Shown here: positions 26,848 through 39,379 of the stretch, piece by piece | How the letters are laid out: each line of letters opens with the position of its first letter | Position numbering within the stretch: the first letter of the stretch is position 1 | Origin: Squalus acanthias | Taxonomy: Eukaryota | DNA length: 64,000 bases | Assembly: GCA_030390025.1 (NCBI GenBank) | Contig: CM059430.1 | Span: 62,310,001 to 62,374,000, forward strand | Direction of reading: 5' to 3' | Program-made: the position numbers and the translations under genes | The notes under the pieces: generated by a model | Database searches by the model: none | Told to the model about the DNA's origin: nothing | What the model saw: only the letters and a program-made list of their open reading frames with translations

Positions 26848-28163
26848 CTGCATGGATCAGAAAGACGTGGATCAGAAAGAAAGTGTTTGGTTATGTGGCA
26901 AGTACATTGCCTTCACCATTTTCCGTACCCTGATCAAAGACGGAACATAATGACCTGGGCTTGAGATCAAGTGCACAAACCATAGTTCATATATATTTAC
27001 ATAAGTCCGAATATTAAGATACTGTGGTCACTATAACTAATATTTAAACCTGTGTTACAGAAATGTTTAATTGAGCGGCAGGTTTAGAACATCATTTTCA
27101 CCATTCCTAAGAACTAAATATTCCAGGACACTTGACTTTTTGAAGAGATATGCAAACTGGAAAAGGAGTAGTGGTAGCCCTGATTATAAAGGATGGGATA
27201 AAGACAGCTGAGTGAAAATATCATAGTTCGGAAAATCAAGATTTAGAAACACTTTAGCGGAGCTAAGAAACAACAATGGGCAGAAAACCTGGTAGGAGTA
27301 GTGTATAGGCCACTTAACAGTAGTTGTAGTGTCGGGCACAGTATAAATCAGGAAAATCTAAGTACATGTAACAAGGATAATATTGTAAACATGGCGGCCT
27401 TTAATTTTCATATAGACTTACCAAAAACAAATTTGCAGTAATACTGCGGAGAACGAGTTCATAGAATGCATTCAAGAGAGTTTTCTAGATCAGTATGTCG
27501 ATGAACCAACTAGTGAACAGGCTATTTTGGATCTAGTATTGAGCAATGAGACAGGGCTAATTCATAACCTGGTAGTAGTTGAGCCTCTGGGGAAGAGTGA
27601 TCATAATATGATAGAATTTGACATTAAGCTTTAGAGTGATTTAGTTAAGTCCGAAACTGGGGTCTTAATTCTAAACAATGCAGACTATGGAGGTATGAGG
27701 TGCAAGTTGGCTGAGGTAGATTGGGAAAATAGATTAAAAGATATGATAGTGTGTAAGCAATGGCAAACATTTAAACAATTAATTTGTAATTCGCGACAAA
27801 TATACATTGACTTAAGGAATTAAAACCCCATGTGAAAATTGGCCCAAAAGTGGCTAACAAGAGAAGTTAAAGATAGTATTAGATTAAAGGAAGAAGCTTA
27901 TAAAGTCGTCAACAAGTTGTAAACCTGAGGATTGGGAGGATTTTTTAGCAAAGAGTGAACAAGCAATTGATGAAGAGAAAGAAAATAAAATTTGAGAGTA
28001 AACTAGCAAAAGACATAAACACAGATTGTAAAACCTTCTATAGGTATGTAAGAAGGAAGAGATTACCGAAAATAAATGTGGGTCCCTTACAGGCAGAGAC
28101 AGGAGAAATTATAATGGGGAATCAGGAAATGGAAATATAGCAGAGACATTAAACAAATACTAT

Positions 28164-30169
28164 GGCCCGTATTTAACGATCAGAGGCTTCTGCAGGCTTT
28201 TCGCAAAATCCCCCAGAAATTCGAACAGAACCCTAAGTGAAGTAATTTGAGGTAAAACCCTCAGTATTGGACATTTTTAAAGATCAGGGAAGAAAAAACC
28301 TGAGGAAAATGACTTTTTGAATCTTACTTTTGGGAAAGACACCTTTCACAGACTGCGGAGTGGTGTGGCCAGGCAGTGGACAGCTTTGGGTATTGGGGCC
28401 CAATCAAGCTGTCTGGGGAATTTGTTTACACTGCCTTTCTACCAAGGAGGAAGAGACAAACCGAAAAGCATCACTCACACATCAAAATATGAATAATCCA
28501 AGAGCTCTTTTGAAATTCCCAGGCCCAAACAGGATAACAGAAGCCTGAAATCAATAAAACATTTAGTACCCCGATTTACTTCATCAAAAACCAATCAACC
28601 AGGTATCTACAGGACAGATTTAAAGCCCGCCAAAAACCTAGGACAATAGGGACAAGATTTGATGCGCAGATAAAGGCCTTGCCTAAATCGGAAGCTATCA
28701 GGACATGTTTAACACCAAGTTAAAGCCATCGAAACTGATAAGCCCGTCAAAACTAAAACAATGGAATAAACAGGGCTCATTTGAAATCTAAAGGAAACCG
28801 ATTTTGTAGGAGGTTTCGGACGCGAAAAGGACAGTATAATTGGGGGCCTAATGTCCCAAGACTCTCTCTCTCTGGACTCGCTGACAACACTCTCAACGCT
28901 CGCACAGCTCTCTCTCTCTCAGCTCTGCTCCAGCAAAGACACCACAAGCCACGAGGAGGAGGAAAGAAGGCCAACAACTTCAAAAACAGACCAACACACA
29001 AGAAGAAACCAGAGCGACTGCCTCAGTGACCATCGGACACCTCACGGCAACAAGGGCCTTATGAAACCTTTTACTCAAAAAACTCTAAACCCTAACTCTC
29101 AACTGTCAAGGATCCGTTTGGTGAACATTATCCCTGACCTCCTGAAACCAAAACCTAGCTAGATAGTGGGATTTTTGGAAGGGATAAGGTTTTTTTTAGT
29201 TATATTGTCTTTCTCCCTCGAATGTAACGTGTGTTCCCCAACCTGTGTTTAAGTATTAAGTGCGTTTTAAGTTTTTTACCTTTTTCTTTTAATAAAGTCA
29301 GAATTCTTTCATCGGAACCTGTTGTCTACTGCATCTTTGTTCACAACCCCTAAATAAGTCCAAAGTCTAGGAACCAGGGGTGTGGGAGCGATTCGATCCG
29401 CTCACTGAGTCAGAGGTGAAGGCTGACACCATTACCACCCCCTACAGCTTCCTGCGTGCAGAAGCCTCGGATCTGGAAAAAATCTACACCCTTACCTGAG
29501 GGCTCCATAGATCCAGCCATTTCTGCTGCTGGGCCTCTCCATGACAAAATGCGCAGTGCGCACGTATCCCAGGGGTGCGTGTGGTTTCCAAGCGTCCCTG
29601 GGATCACGTGAGCCATGGGGATCCAATTGGAGAAGTGAATGCCCCTTCATACTTTTGACAGCTTAGACATGTCAAAAGTATGAATGGGTATCACTGAAAA
29701 AACACTTCAAGACATTAAATACATTTTTAAAGAATCACGTTTTTAAAATTTGTTAAAATTACATTAAATTAAATATTTTAAACAAAAATTTTATTTTTAA
29801 AAAAAATTAAAGTTTTTTACGGGGCTAAAATTAAACTTACCTTTTTTAAATTATAAATGAATGAAAACAAATTATCTTTTAACTTTTTAAAACTCTTATG
29901 CGAGTAAAAGCAGTCCTTACACCTGATTTTGCCAGGCGTAACATTTTTAAGGGCTTTCAGCGGTCGGAGGTTCTGCAGAAAGCGGAAATCTCTGTCTGCA
30001 GATGCCCTTCTCCAGTGCAGGCCTGCGATCTGTCAAGAGGATTCTTGACAGATCGGAAGTGCCGGTTTTCAGCGCTTGCACTTCTCATGCCTTGAAACCG
30101 GCACTTGAGAGGTCCATACGGGTGTAGACACAGATCGTACAGACCCGTAGGGAATGGAAAATACGGGCC
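28164..30169. mobile_element. Harbinger-type MITE family 2 carrying a solo LTR
   Basis: TIRs ggcccgtattt...aaatacgggcc. CR1 sequence resumes on both sides. Confidence 0.8.
28191..29446. mobile_element. Solo LTR (1256 bp)
   Basis: Ends tgcagg...cctaca with an exact 5-bp TSD gcttc (28186-28190, 29447-29451). AATAAA at 29291. Confidence 0.8.
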
Positions 30170-31119
30170 TTTGTATCTATCTTCATGGAAGAAGAAACAA
30201 ACAAACATTCTGGAAATAGTGAGAAGCAACAAGTAGTGAGAATGAGGAACTTAAAGAAATTAGTATTAATAAAGAAATAGTAGTGGACAAATTATTTGGA
30301 CTGAAAGCTGACAAGTCCCCATGGACATAATCGCCTTCATCCTATGGGTTTAAAAGAGGTGGCTACATAGATAGTGGATGCATTGGTTTTGATCTTCCAG
30401 AATTTCCTAGATACTCGAACGATCCCAACAGATTGGAAGGTATAAAATGTAACCCGCTATTCAAGAAATGAGAGAGAGTGAAACAGGGAACTTTAGACCA
30501 GTTAGCCTGACATCAGTAGTAGGGGAAATGCTAGAATCTAATATCAGCGAATTGGTAACAGGGAACTTAGAAAATCATAATATGATTGGGCATACTCATA
30601 ACGGATTTATAAAAGGGAAATCGTGTTTGACAAATCTGGTAGAGTTGTATGAGGTTGTAACGAGCAAGGTAGATAAGGGGGAATCAGTGTATGTAGTGTA
30701 ATTAGATTTTCAAAAATCATTCGATAAGGTGCCACACCAGGGGCTATTACATAAAATTAGGGATCATGGGATTGGGTGTAATATATTTCAATGCATTGAG
30801 GATTGGTTAACACAGAGAGTAGGAATAATCGGATAATTTTCAGGTTGCCAGGCTGTAACTAGTGGGTTCCACAAGGATCAGTGCTTGAGCCTCAGGTATT
30901 TACAATCTATATGAATGACATAGATGAGAGAACTGACAGTAATGAATCCAGGATTGCTGACGATACAAAGCTAGGTTGGAAAGTAAGTTGTGAGGATGAC
31001 GCAAAGAAGCTGCAAAGGGCTATAGACAGGTTAAGTGATGGGCAAGAACATGGAAGATGGAAAATAACGTGGAGAAATGTGATGTTATCCACTTCGGTAA
31101 GAAAAATAGAAAATGAGAC

Positions 31120-31540
31120 AACACGGTGGCATAGTGGTTAGCACTGGTGCCTCACAGCGCCAGAGACCCGGGTTCGAATCTGACCTCGGGTGACTGTCTG
31201 TGTGGAGTTTGCACATTCTCCCCGTGTCTCCGTGGGTTTCCTCTGGGTGCTCCGGTTTCCTCCCACAGTCCAAAAATGTGTGGGTTAGGTTGATTTGGCT
31301 ATGATAAATTGACCCTTAGTGTTAGGGGGGATTAAATATGTGGGGTTATGGGGATAGGATGGGATATGTTAGGGGGAATTAAATACGTGGGGTTACGGGG
31401 GTAGGGTGGGATATGTGTACTGTGGGGATTAAAGCAGGGACAGGGTACTGGATTTGGATGATCAGCCATGATCGTATTGAATGGCGGAGCAGGCTCGACG
31501 GGCCGAATGGCCTACTCCTGCTCCTAGATTCTATGTTTGT
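31120..31540 (+). mobile_element. HE1/V-SINE-like tRNA-derived SINE with CR1-like tail
   Basis: Head ggtggcatagtggttagcact...gggttcgaatc, V-domain tgtgtggagtttgcacattctccccgtgtct, CR1-type tail, TSD atgagac. Confidence 0.85.
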
Positions 31541-32573
31541 ATGAGACTATTTTTTAAATGGTGAGAGACTGAGAAATGTTGGTATTCAGAGATAACTGGG
31601 ATTCCTTGTACATGAAGCATAGAAAGGTAACATGCAGGTACAGCAAGCGATTAGGAAAGCAAATGGCACGTTAGCCTTCATTACAAAAGGATTAGAGTAT
31701 AAGACTAAAGAAGTCTTATTGCAATTATATAGGGCCTTTGTGAGACTAGACCTGGAGTATTGTGTTCAGTTTTGGTCTCCATACCGAAAGAAAGATATAC
31801 TTACCTTAGAAGGAGTGCAACGAAGGTTAATTAGATTGATTTCTGGGATGGAGGATTCTCCTATTAATGGAGATTGAGCAGACTAGGCTTATGCTTCCTA
31901 GAGTTTAGATGAACGAGAGGTAATCTTATTGAAACATACAAAATTCATAACGGCCTTGACAGTGTAGATGCTGGGAAGATGTTTCCCCTGGCAGGGGTGT
32001 CTAGATTTAGGAGTCACAATGTCAGAATAAGGGATCGGCCATTTAGGACAGAGATGAGAAGACATTTATTCACTCAAAGGGTTGTGAATGTTAGGAATTA
32101 TCTACCCAGGTGGCTGTGGACGCAGAATCATTGACATTATTCAAGATAGAGATCGATGTATTTTTTGATACGAAGGGAACCAAAGGGTATTGGGATAATG
32201 CAGGAAGATGATGTTGAGGTAAAAGATCAGCCAGGATCTTACTGAATGGTGGAGGAGGCTCGAAGGGCTGAATGGTCTACTCCTGCTCCTATTTCTTATG
32301 TTGTTATGTTATTATGATTCTATAAACAGATATTACCCAGGTACCTTTTCAACGAAACAGGCTGGTTTCTTTTCTGCCATTTAATTTCTTTTACCAGCAA
32401 CGCACCGGGTGCCAAGATCATTTCTAACCACGATTTGAATTACACAATAAAACCGGACACTACTTTTAGTTAATAGACTTAAAGTGTTCTGATGTGATTA
32501 TGATATAATATTTCCACTATAACAATCTTTCTTGCAATCTCAAACATCTGCCGGGATGAATGAATGAACCTAC

Positions 32574-32617
32574 CAGCTCTTGACGGCGGTTCGGTCCCAT
32601 TACACATTCTTCTTTAC
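32574..32617 (-). CDS. Gene A exon 5, short cytoplasmic exon
   Basis: 44 nt (GKEECVMGPNRRQEL), tttccag|...ctg|gtaggt. Supplies the required phase 1 to 0 switch. Homolog at 48422-48463. Confidence 0.75.
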
Positions 32618-33292
32618 CTGGAAACGAGTGAAATTTAATCATATTGAAAGACTGAAATATTTACTCAGTTTCCAGTCAGTGATTGAAAAGTCATTTTTAG
32701 ACTCACTACAAAGCCGAACATGATATCCAATTCCGGATTGTGCCGACAGTGTTTGAAATCCCAGACCTTGTAGCGATCAGCAATGGTGCAATTTTTGGAT
32801 TTGTTTTGGAAACTAAGGGAATCAAGGGATATGGGGAGAAAGTGGAGTTGAGATAGAAGACCAGTCATGATCTTATTGAATAGCGGAGCAGGCTCGAGGA
32901 GTCGTATGGCCTACTGCTTCTCCTTTTTCTTGTGTTCTTATGTGTACAACCATTCCCCGGCCGGAGACTCACACTCTTTCCCTCAAACTAATTGCGCATC
33001 CACTACAGAATCGGTCGGAAAGTGATTGTGTGTCCTGGTATATTTTATTTATTATGCTGCAATATTGGCATTTCTGTTGCAAACATCCTGATAATTATCT
33101 CCATTTTTATTTCGTTTCTGTGAGCATTCCTGCGTTTTAAATTGCATTTGAAACAATCGGCGCTCCCTGAAAGCGGATAACACTGTTTTGAACTTTAAGT
33201 CCTAATCGGGTTCTCCGTTTCCCGAGTTGCCTGGTATCTGTCACTAACGCTGAGGTTTTCTACTAAAATTAAAGGCTTACAGTTGATCTTAC

Positions 33293-33406
33293 CTTCATAA
33301 TTCTGCAGTCGGCACCGCGTCCCAATGAAGATTATTAGCACTAGAAACGCCAATCCACCCACCGCACACCCAGCAGCCCAGAAGTAAAGTGACTTACCGA
33401 CGCTAC
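33293..33406 (-). CDS. Gene A exon 4, uncharged transmembrane segment
   Basis: GSVGKSLYFWAAGCAVGGLAFLVLIIFIGTRCRLQNYE; 114 nt; ttgcag|...gaag|gtaaga. Confidence 0.88.
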
Positions 33407-35118
33407 CTGCAAGATTAATAGGAACATTAAGTTATTGCGGGCCTTGGTTAAAAATAGACCTCAAGATAGTTTATTGCTTAAACTACGGTGTTCTTTTCAG
33501 GAACTCCGCGGTACAGAACGGCAATAAGAAAGATTAAATACAAAATGTTATTTTTTATAGATATACTTTTTGAAGTAACTTCTTCATCGAATGCATCATA
33601 TATTCTGGATCAATCTGCGTATCGCACTACCGGTTTAGGGATCTCACAACACTGTTTTAGGAGAGTTAAAGTATGAGAGAGATCAATTTCCCATGACCAA
33701 AGGACTTGTTCTTGACCTTTCTTATTTATTTACATAAAGTTTGAAGAAATTGGAGGCATTTTGTCAAAAGCATTTCTTCGTTGTCCGCTCGAAATTCCGG
33801 ATTGCAGCAGTCTGTTAAAAAACCCTTTTCAATTATCTGAACTGTGATTATTACAGTACGAATGTCACTGAATCGTAAACGATATCAATGGGCGATGGTT
33901 CATTGATTATTGTCTTGGGGAGAGAAAGAGTTTTTCACAATATAATATATTGACCCAGTCGTACTGTCGCCATGTTGCGGGCACACTTTGAATGAGATTT
34001 ATGAGACAGTTTACAAGTAAACCCGCTGTGACATGGATAGGTGAGGGGTAAAAGCAAGACAGGGATTAATTTCATATCTCTACAGTAGAATTAGCCGATA
34101 GGGGGATGGGGATCAGGAACTGCATGGGAAGAAGCCCGAGTGCAAACAGAATGACGGCAGCTCCTGGCAACATTCTTGGTGCAAGGACAGCAGGCTATAG
34201 TAAAGAATAAAATGTTATTAAAATTGAAACAAAAGACATTGAACAGGTATTAATAATAAGCAGGTGCGGAAATATAATCGGGCTGCAATTATAAACTCAA
34301 AACGAATTGTTATACATCAATTAAAGGAATTTCAAAGAAAATAATGTTTGACAGAATATTTGTGTGGCTGTGGCCAGGAGTTACCAATGGAATAGATCTC
34401 GACCATGAAAGTTAAAGGGGGATGTAAGCTTGAACAGAATGGGAGAAGATAAGACCTAGGATTAACCATGTCGTCGTGTGTGAGAGTACTGGGATTTGGG
34501 AAGTGATTTGAATTTTAGTGTGTGCCTTCTTGGTTGCTCGTCTTAGCCAGCACCGGGGGTAGAAGGCCATTGCGTAACTGAAATATGAGACCTAGGAAAA
34601 CAACAAATGAGCTGGTGTTTGGGAGTAATTGACGGTGTAAAAGTTCTCACAGTGAATTGCCCATCAGAGGCCGGTTTCAGGAGCCGCACTGGGAGACCCT
34701 CGAGACCAGACAAACGAACTGCCGCTCCTGGTCCTGCAACTCATGTAAGGAACCAAATAATGGGGAAAATGAATTCAGTTTAACAAGGGGACACGTTTGA
34801 TTGTTTAGTAATAAACAGGAGATGTAAAATAATTGGATGGAAGAGATAAACCGCCCACTCATATTTGTTTTAACAATTGGAAGCTGATATGGTTTAACAG
34901 GCAGCTACTGGGTGAAGGGCGATAATAATCCTTAGGTTTGACAAAGGTTCCGGGTCTATAATATTTTACATTCAAACATTAATTTTCTCTTTAGTTTGCT
35001 GTTTCCTGGACGCTTTTTCAAACAAAATTTATGATTATCAATATGAACAAATTCTATGATATACCCTTTCAGAATATAACAGTAGCTGACCTCACTTCTT
35101 GGCCTGTTGACTTCGTAC

Positions 35119-35430
35119 CTGGGTCGGAATTAACAACTGTGTGGATGACAATGGCAGGACTCCGGAGGGAGGCATGAGATACCAAACAGATGTAAACAGC
35201 CCCGTTCGGCAAAGGCTGCGTCTCTTCCAAAGAGCTGGAAACTTCATAGAGTCCCTCAGCGTTCTGCCGTTCAGTGGAATTGATCCCAGTTGCGGTTTCG
35301 ACGCCATTTTTATACCAAACGAGGGTTAATTCGCGCGGGTAAAACCCAGCCGTTTCACACACAAGAGTCAGAGACGCAGCTGAATTGCTCTTGGGTGTCC
35401 TGGGAACAATCTTCAATGGATTTGGGGCAG
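35119..35430 (-). CDS. Gene A exon 3, C1-set Ig domain
   Basis: LTLVCETAGFYPRELTLVWYKNG...GLYEVSSSL...VYICLVSHASL (canonical C1 motifs); 312 nt, phase 1-1. Confidence 0.92.
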
Positions 35431-35864
35431 CTACGAAACAAGAAATGGGGAATATCAGGTTTCTAGTGGGATATTAAACATAAGATATGGGAGCACAACG
35501 GTATCCTCAGTCACTCCCTGAGAGAGGGAGCCGCGCATTAATCGAAAAGACTTTCAGTCAGTCATCAATATATTTGGAATTTGTTCCGCAAATTCCATTT
35601 CCAGAAGTCTGATGTAAGAAATACATTTTGAGATGAGTCGAGTAACATTTTACTTAATCTGGTTAATATTGATGACATTTTACACAACTTAGCAAATGGT
35701 ACGTCATATTATGCCAAATAATTAGCAATTCTCTGCAGAGTTTTCGTGTAAATGTATTAATATAATTGGTTTACAATTTCAAAGACGGTGCAAAAAAAAT
35801 GACAAAACTTCATCCTTGTTACATTTGATACATTTGGATGTTCCCGCTCACTCCGGTCACTTAC

Positions 35865-36185
35865 CGCACACAGTTAGATGTGATCCTGTTCCATTTCCAA
35901 TAATTCTTCCCTGACGCATCACTGCGCAGTGATACGTTCCAGAGTCCCGGAAAGTCAGGTTCAGTAACTCAAAAAAACCGGGTCCTTTATCTTTCAGAGT
36001 AAATCGTTTTCATTTATCGGCTCCGCTTTGCAGAAATTCTTTCTCATCATGTTTCCACCAACACACTTCTATCCCTGAATTGTCATCAGACAGGTGGAAT
36101 AAGCACTGGAAGGTGATGGCTGTCCCCATTAATTTAGTTACTTCTCTGGGAGTTTGAGACACGCTGATCGAAGTACGCGCAGCAG
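35865..36185 (-). CDS. Gene A exon 2, V-set Ig domain with fused J-like G strand (in-frame stop)
   Basis: ISVSQTP...ITFQC...EVCWWK...ADK*KRF...LLNLTFRDSGTYHCAV...IIGNGTGSHLTVC; 321 nt; acceptor ttttctaacag, donor g|gtaagt. Confidence 0.9.
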
Positions 36186-36381
36186 CTGTTAGAAAATACA
36201 TTCAAAGTTTGGTTAATTGTATTCTGTGCGGAACCAGATACTTTAGAACACATTACTGCATGGAACTGAAAATGAGAAAGAAGAATACAGACCGACTAAC
36301 TATATTTCATTCGATTTGTGTGGAAACTACTTGAGGTATGATTTTTAATTGAGACAGCTCGATTTGAGAATAATCAGGTAC

Positions 36382-36442
36382 CTGTGTAAATGATCCCTGG
36401 GAGAGACAGGAACAGGAAAAGAAGCATCACACTCGACAACAT
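36382..36442 (-). CDS. Gene A exon 1, signal peptide
   Basis: ATG start; MLSSVMLLFLFLSLPGIIYT; 61 nt, phase-1 donor ag|gtacct. Confidence 0.85.
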
Positions 36443-37040
36443 TCCGAGCAAAAGATTTAACGGATCACTGACTGCACTGACCGTGTGTTTGCCACTGAAA
36501 GCAGGGTTTGCTGATTATTTAAACTGAAATGCGTCGCAATGACGTTTTACATCCTGTGTCTTTGTGTTGAAAATAGGTTTCGTTTGTGAAGTGAAATTTG
36601 ATGACCGTTCTGCTCTTAGGCAGCCATTGGAATCAGCTATGTCACGGTCAGCAAAGAATTAGGAAAAATATTCTCCGAATTTCAAATGGTGAATTTACCA
36701 CCGATCGCTGAGCCAATGTTGGCTTCTCTCAGATTAAGATGTCGAATGTGCACATTCCTTCTCGTGAATCTCGTGAGGCAAATATTCTTACACTTCCCTT
36801 AGGTTGTACGCTGCTGTTAACGCCACCCTATATACTGGAAATGTCAAAGCTGAACAACATGGGAACAGTTCTAAATTGTTTACAATCAGTTCTTAAATAA
36901 CAGCAACAATATGGCTGGATGTGAGAAAATGACTGATTAACACAGTTGTTGTGTATAGAGGCTGTAATTCTGTACTATAATGTCACACATTGCTGCGCAT
37001 TCCACGGGAACTGTGGAGATCGTATTCATTGCGACGTGTT

Positions 37041-37801
37041 GGCCCAAAAATTCGGCTGAATACGGGAGAGTCCGAACTGTGCACTCTCGCGTATTCAGTC
37101 CCGAAGTGCCGGTTTCCTGCATGCACTGCGCATGCGCGGGAAAACGGCACCTCGGATATGGCGAGGGGGCGGTTCCTAAGTGAACCACGTGCGCACTACA
37201 GGCTGTGCGCACGCCGCACACTTAGGCTTTTTTTCAGGTTTCAACGCGAAGGTAAGCATGCAAGATTTTACACATGAAGAAAGGAGGCGTAAGACCCCCT
37301 TTTAACAAGGTAAGTAGTTAATTAAGTATTATTTTAATTTTTTTTCAACAGGTTTATCTTTTTTAGAGACTTTAAAGAAAGGTAAGTTTATTTTTATAAC
37401 TTTCAAAAAGAATTTAAATTTTTTCAAAAATTTAAATTTTACTTTAAAGTGGTTAATTTATTTAACTATAGTTATTTATTAATTTGATGGTTTTTTTGTA
37501 ATTTATTTGAGGTTTAGCTGTTCTTTTGTGGGCAATTTGTATTCATAGTTTTGACAGTTCTCCTGTCAAAGCTATGAATGAAAGATGGTGTGCTGCCATT
37601 GGCTCTCCATGCCCCATGTGATCCCAGAGTTCACATCGAACTAACTGCGCCTCTGGGACACGCACACACTACGCACCGGCACCAAGGAGAGGCCCAGGAG
37701 CTGAAGTTCGTGTGGGCCCGAAAAACAACGGCCGGCGCGGAGTGTGATATTACGGGGGATCCTTACCCCCGCGGCAAGACTACGAGTCAAATTTCTGGGC
37801 C
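37041..37801. mobile_element. Harbinger-type MITE family 1
   Basis: ggcccaaaaatt...aatttctgggcc. Confidence 0.85.
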
Positions 37802-39379
37802 GTGAACTTATTATGAGCTACAACAAGGTAGAAAGCCTTTGTGATGAGGGTTACGCCATTCTGTGGAATATTTCCGTACTTCCTGTTGCTGAACATGATT
37901 TACGCTCCATATAAAATAACGCGGACCCGAAATTAAGTTACATTTTCCTTCCGATTTTGCGCAGCCTCTTGGGAGATTTTCTTCTATTTTAAAGGCGCTA
38001 GAAAAATACAGATTGGTCTTGTTGTTGGATCCTGTGGTGGGTTCTGGTTTCAAATGGAAACATTCGCTGCTCTCCAAACTTGACCACAAACATCAGATAA
38101 AACTAAGGGTGAGTGATTGTATGAATTAATCAGAAAATTATACTACGCACACAATCTTACATAGTAAGTGCGGCGTCCGTGGACACGTGCAATATGAGAA
38201 CCCATTAGGATACCCCTCAAATCACGGTAGAGCCTACCATGCACTCGACTGAGAAGTATATTACCCTTCACTTTTCTTAACATATTTTTGCCCATTGAGC
38301 TGTTGACCTGGAAGCTCATTCGACGAACGGATTTTGTTTATATTGCTAAAATTTCCGATCTGTGGCTTCCTGCGGGCGGAAAGCTCCGATCAGCAAAAAA
38401 TCTACGAACCTACCTGTTGGTCCTGGAGATACGGTGGTTTCCGATCCTGGGCCTCTCCTCTTTAAAAGGCGCAGAGGCCCAGGCATCCCAGGGGCGCATG
38501 CGGTTTGCAAGCGCCCCTGGTATCACGTGGGCCAGCTCAACCAATGGAAGAAGGGAATCCCCCTTCATACTTTTGACAGTTCCAAACGGACGGAACTGTC
38601 AAAAGTATGAATGGGGATGATTTCAAAAATGCACCAACACACTGAAATAAATAAAGAAAAACCATTACATATATAAAATTAATTAAAATAGCCTTCAATG
38701 TTAAACAAAAATGTACTTATTTGAAATGTTTTTAATATATTTTAGCGGGGCTTAATATAAACTTACCTTATCGGACAGTATTTTTAATTTATAATTGAGT
38801 GAAAAAATCGTGTTTTTCTATTTTTAAACTCTTATGCCTGTAAAAGCAGGCCTTCCGCCTGCTTTACCAGGCATAAGAATTCTATGGCCTTTCAGCGGGC
38901 GGAAGTTAAGCAAATAGCGCAACTCTCGTCCGCAGAGACACTTTTCTTGGGCAAGCGTGGGATCTATCAAGAGAATTCTTAACAGATCGCTAGTTCCGGG
39001 TTTCAGTGCATGCGCTTCGCATGCATAAACCCGAAACTTGCGCGGACCCTATGGGCGCGTACACACCTCGTACGCACCCGTGGGGGTCGGAAAATATTGG
39101 TAAATATTTCTTCTATCAAACCAATTTGCACAGTATAATCGTGGCTACCACCATTTTCCTTCAAACCTTTCAGGCAGGACGCGCTGATAACAGAACAATG
39201 CATTTGCAAAGAAGCCCTGAACTCAAACACACATCGGCAGTTCTCTGATGGAATCATCAAAGTTCTATTTGCTAAATATTCAATAAGGTTATTATAATGT
39301 GAAAATAAGTCCCTACGTTATTACTGACTTTTCAGATTCAGGTTACCGTGTTCGGAATAACATCAGGTTCCAGAGATAT
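37802..39379. other. Local inversion between two inverted MITEs
   Basis: The segment is the reverse complement of the homologous sequence at 11890-13070 and 52420-52630, while both flanks are in direct orientation. Confidence 0.85.
38344..39100. mobile_element. Harbinger-type MITE family 2, degenerate ends
   Basis: Homologous to 23361-24116. Confidence 0.7.

Larger units (their letters stand above)
27110..32320 (+). mobile_element. CR1 LINE (ORF2 APE+RT, 3' tail) in intron 5 of gene A, with nested inserts
   Basis: VYRP, SDHNMIEF, NFRPVSLTSVVG, ADDTKLG, LEYCVQFWSPY, tail ...ctactcctgctcctatttcttatg. Confidence 0.9.
26371..36442 (-). pseudogene. Gene A: SIRPalpha-like inhibitory IgSF receptor (leader-VJ-C1-TM-4 Tyr motifs) with one premature TGA
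   Basis: Seven exons, all GT-AG and phase-compatible: 36442-36382, 36185-35865, 35430-35119, 33406-33293, 32617-32574, 26847-26746, 26538-26371. Total 1122 nt (373 aa). The only lesion is TGA at 36012-36010 (codon 79). Confidence 0.88.

Noticed and set aside
31120-31195. tRNA genes (also 12630-12700 and 60070-60143)
   Set aside because: These are SINE heads continuing into SINE bodies and tails, without a complete cloverleaf.
34647-34690. cacagtg heptamer (also at 51062) as a recombination signal
   Set aside because: No ACAAAAACC-like nonamer at 12- or 23-bp spacing.
33410-35110. Second C1 exon as in mammalian SIRPs
   Set aside because: No C1 motifs or suitable ~300-nt exon were seen here or in 49070-51500.
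36010-36012. Selenocysteine or programmed readthrough at the in-frame TGA
   Set aside because: The paralog has Ile rather than Cys at this codon, and I recognised no SECIS in the 3' UTR.
33293-36442. Rearranging TCR/Ig light-chain locus, or MHC/tapasin/B7-H6 gene
   Set aside because: V and J-like strands are in one exon with no RSS, there is no MHC peptide-binding domain, and the tail carries ITIM/ITSM motifs. No gene symbol is given because orthology to SIRPA is not shown.
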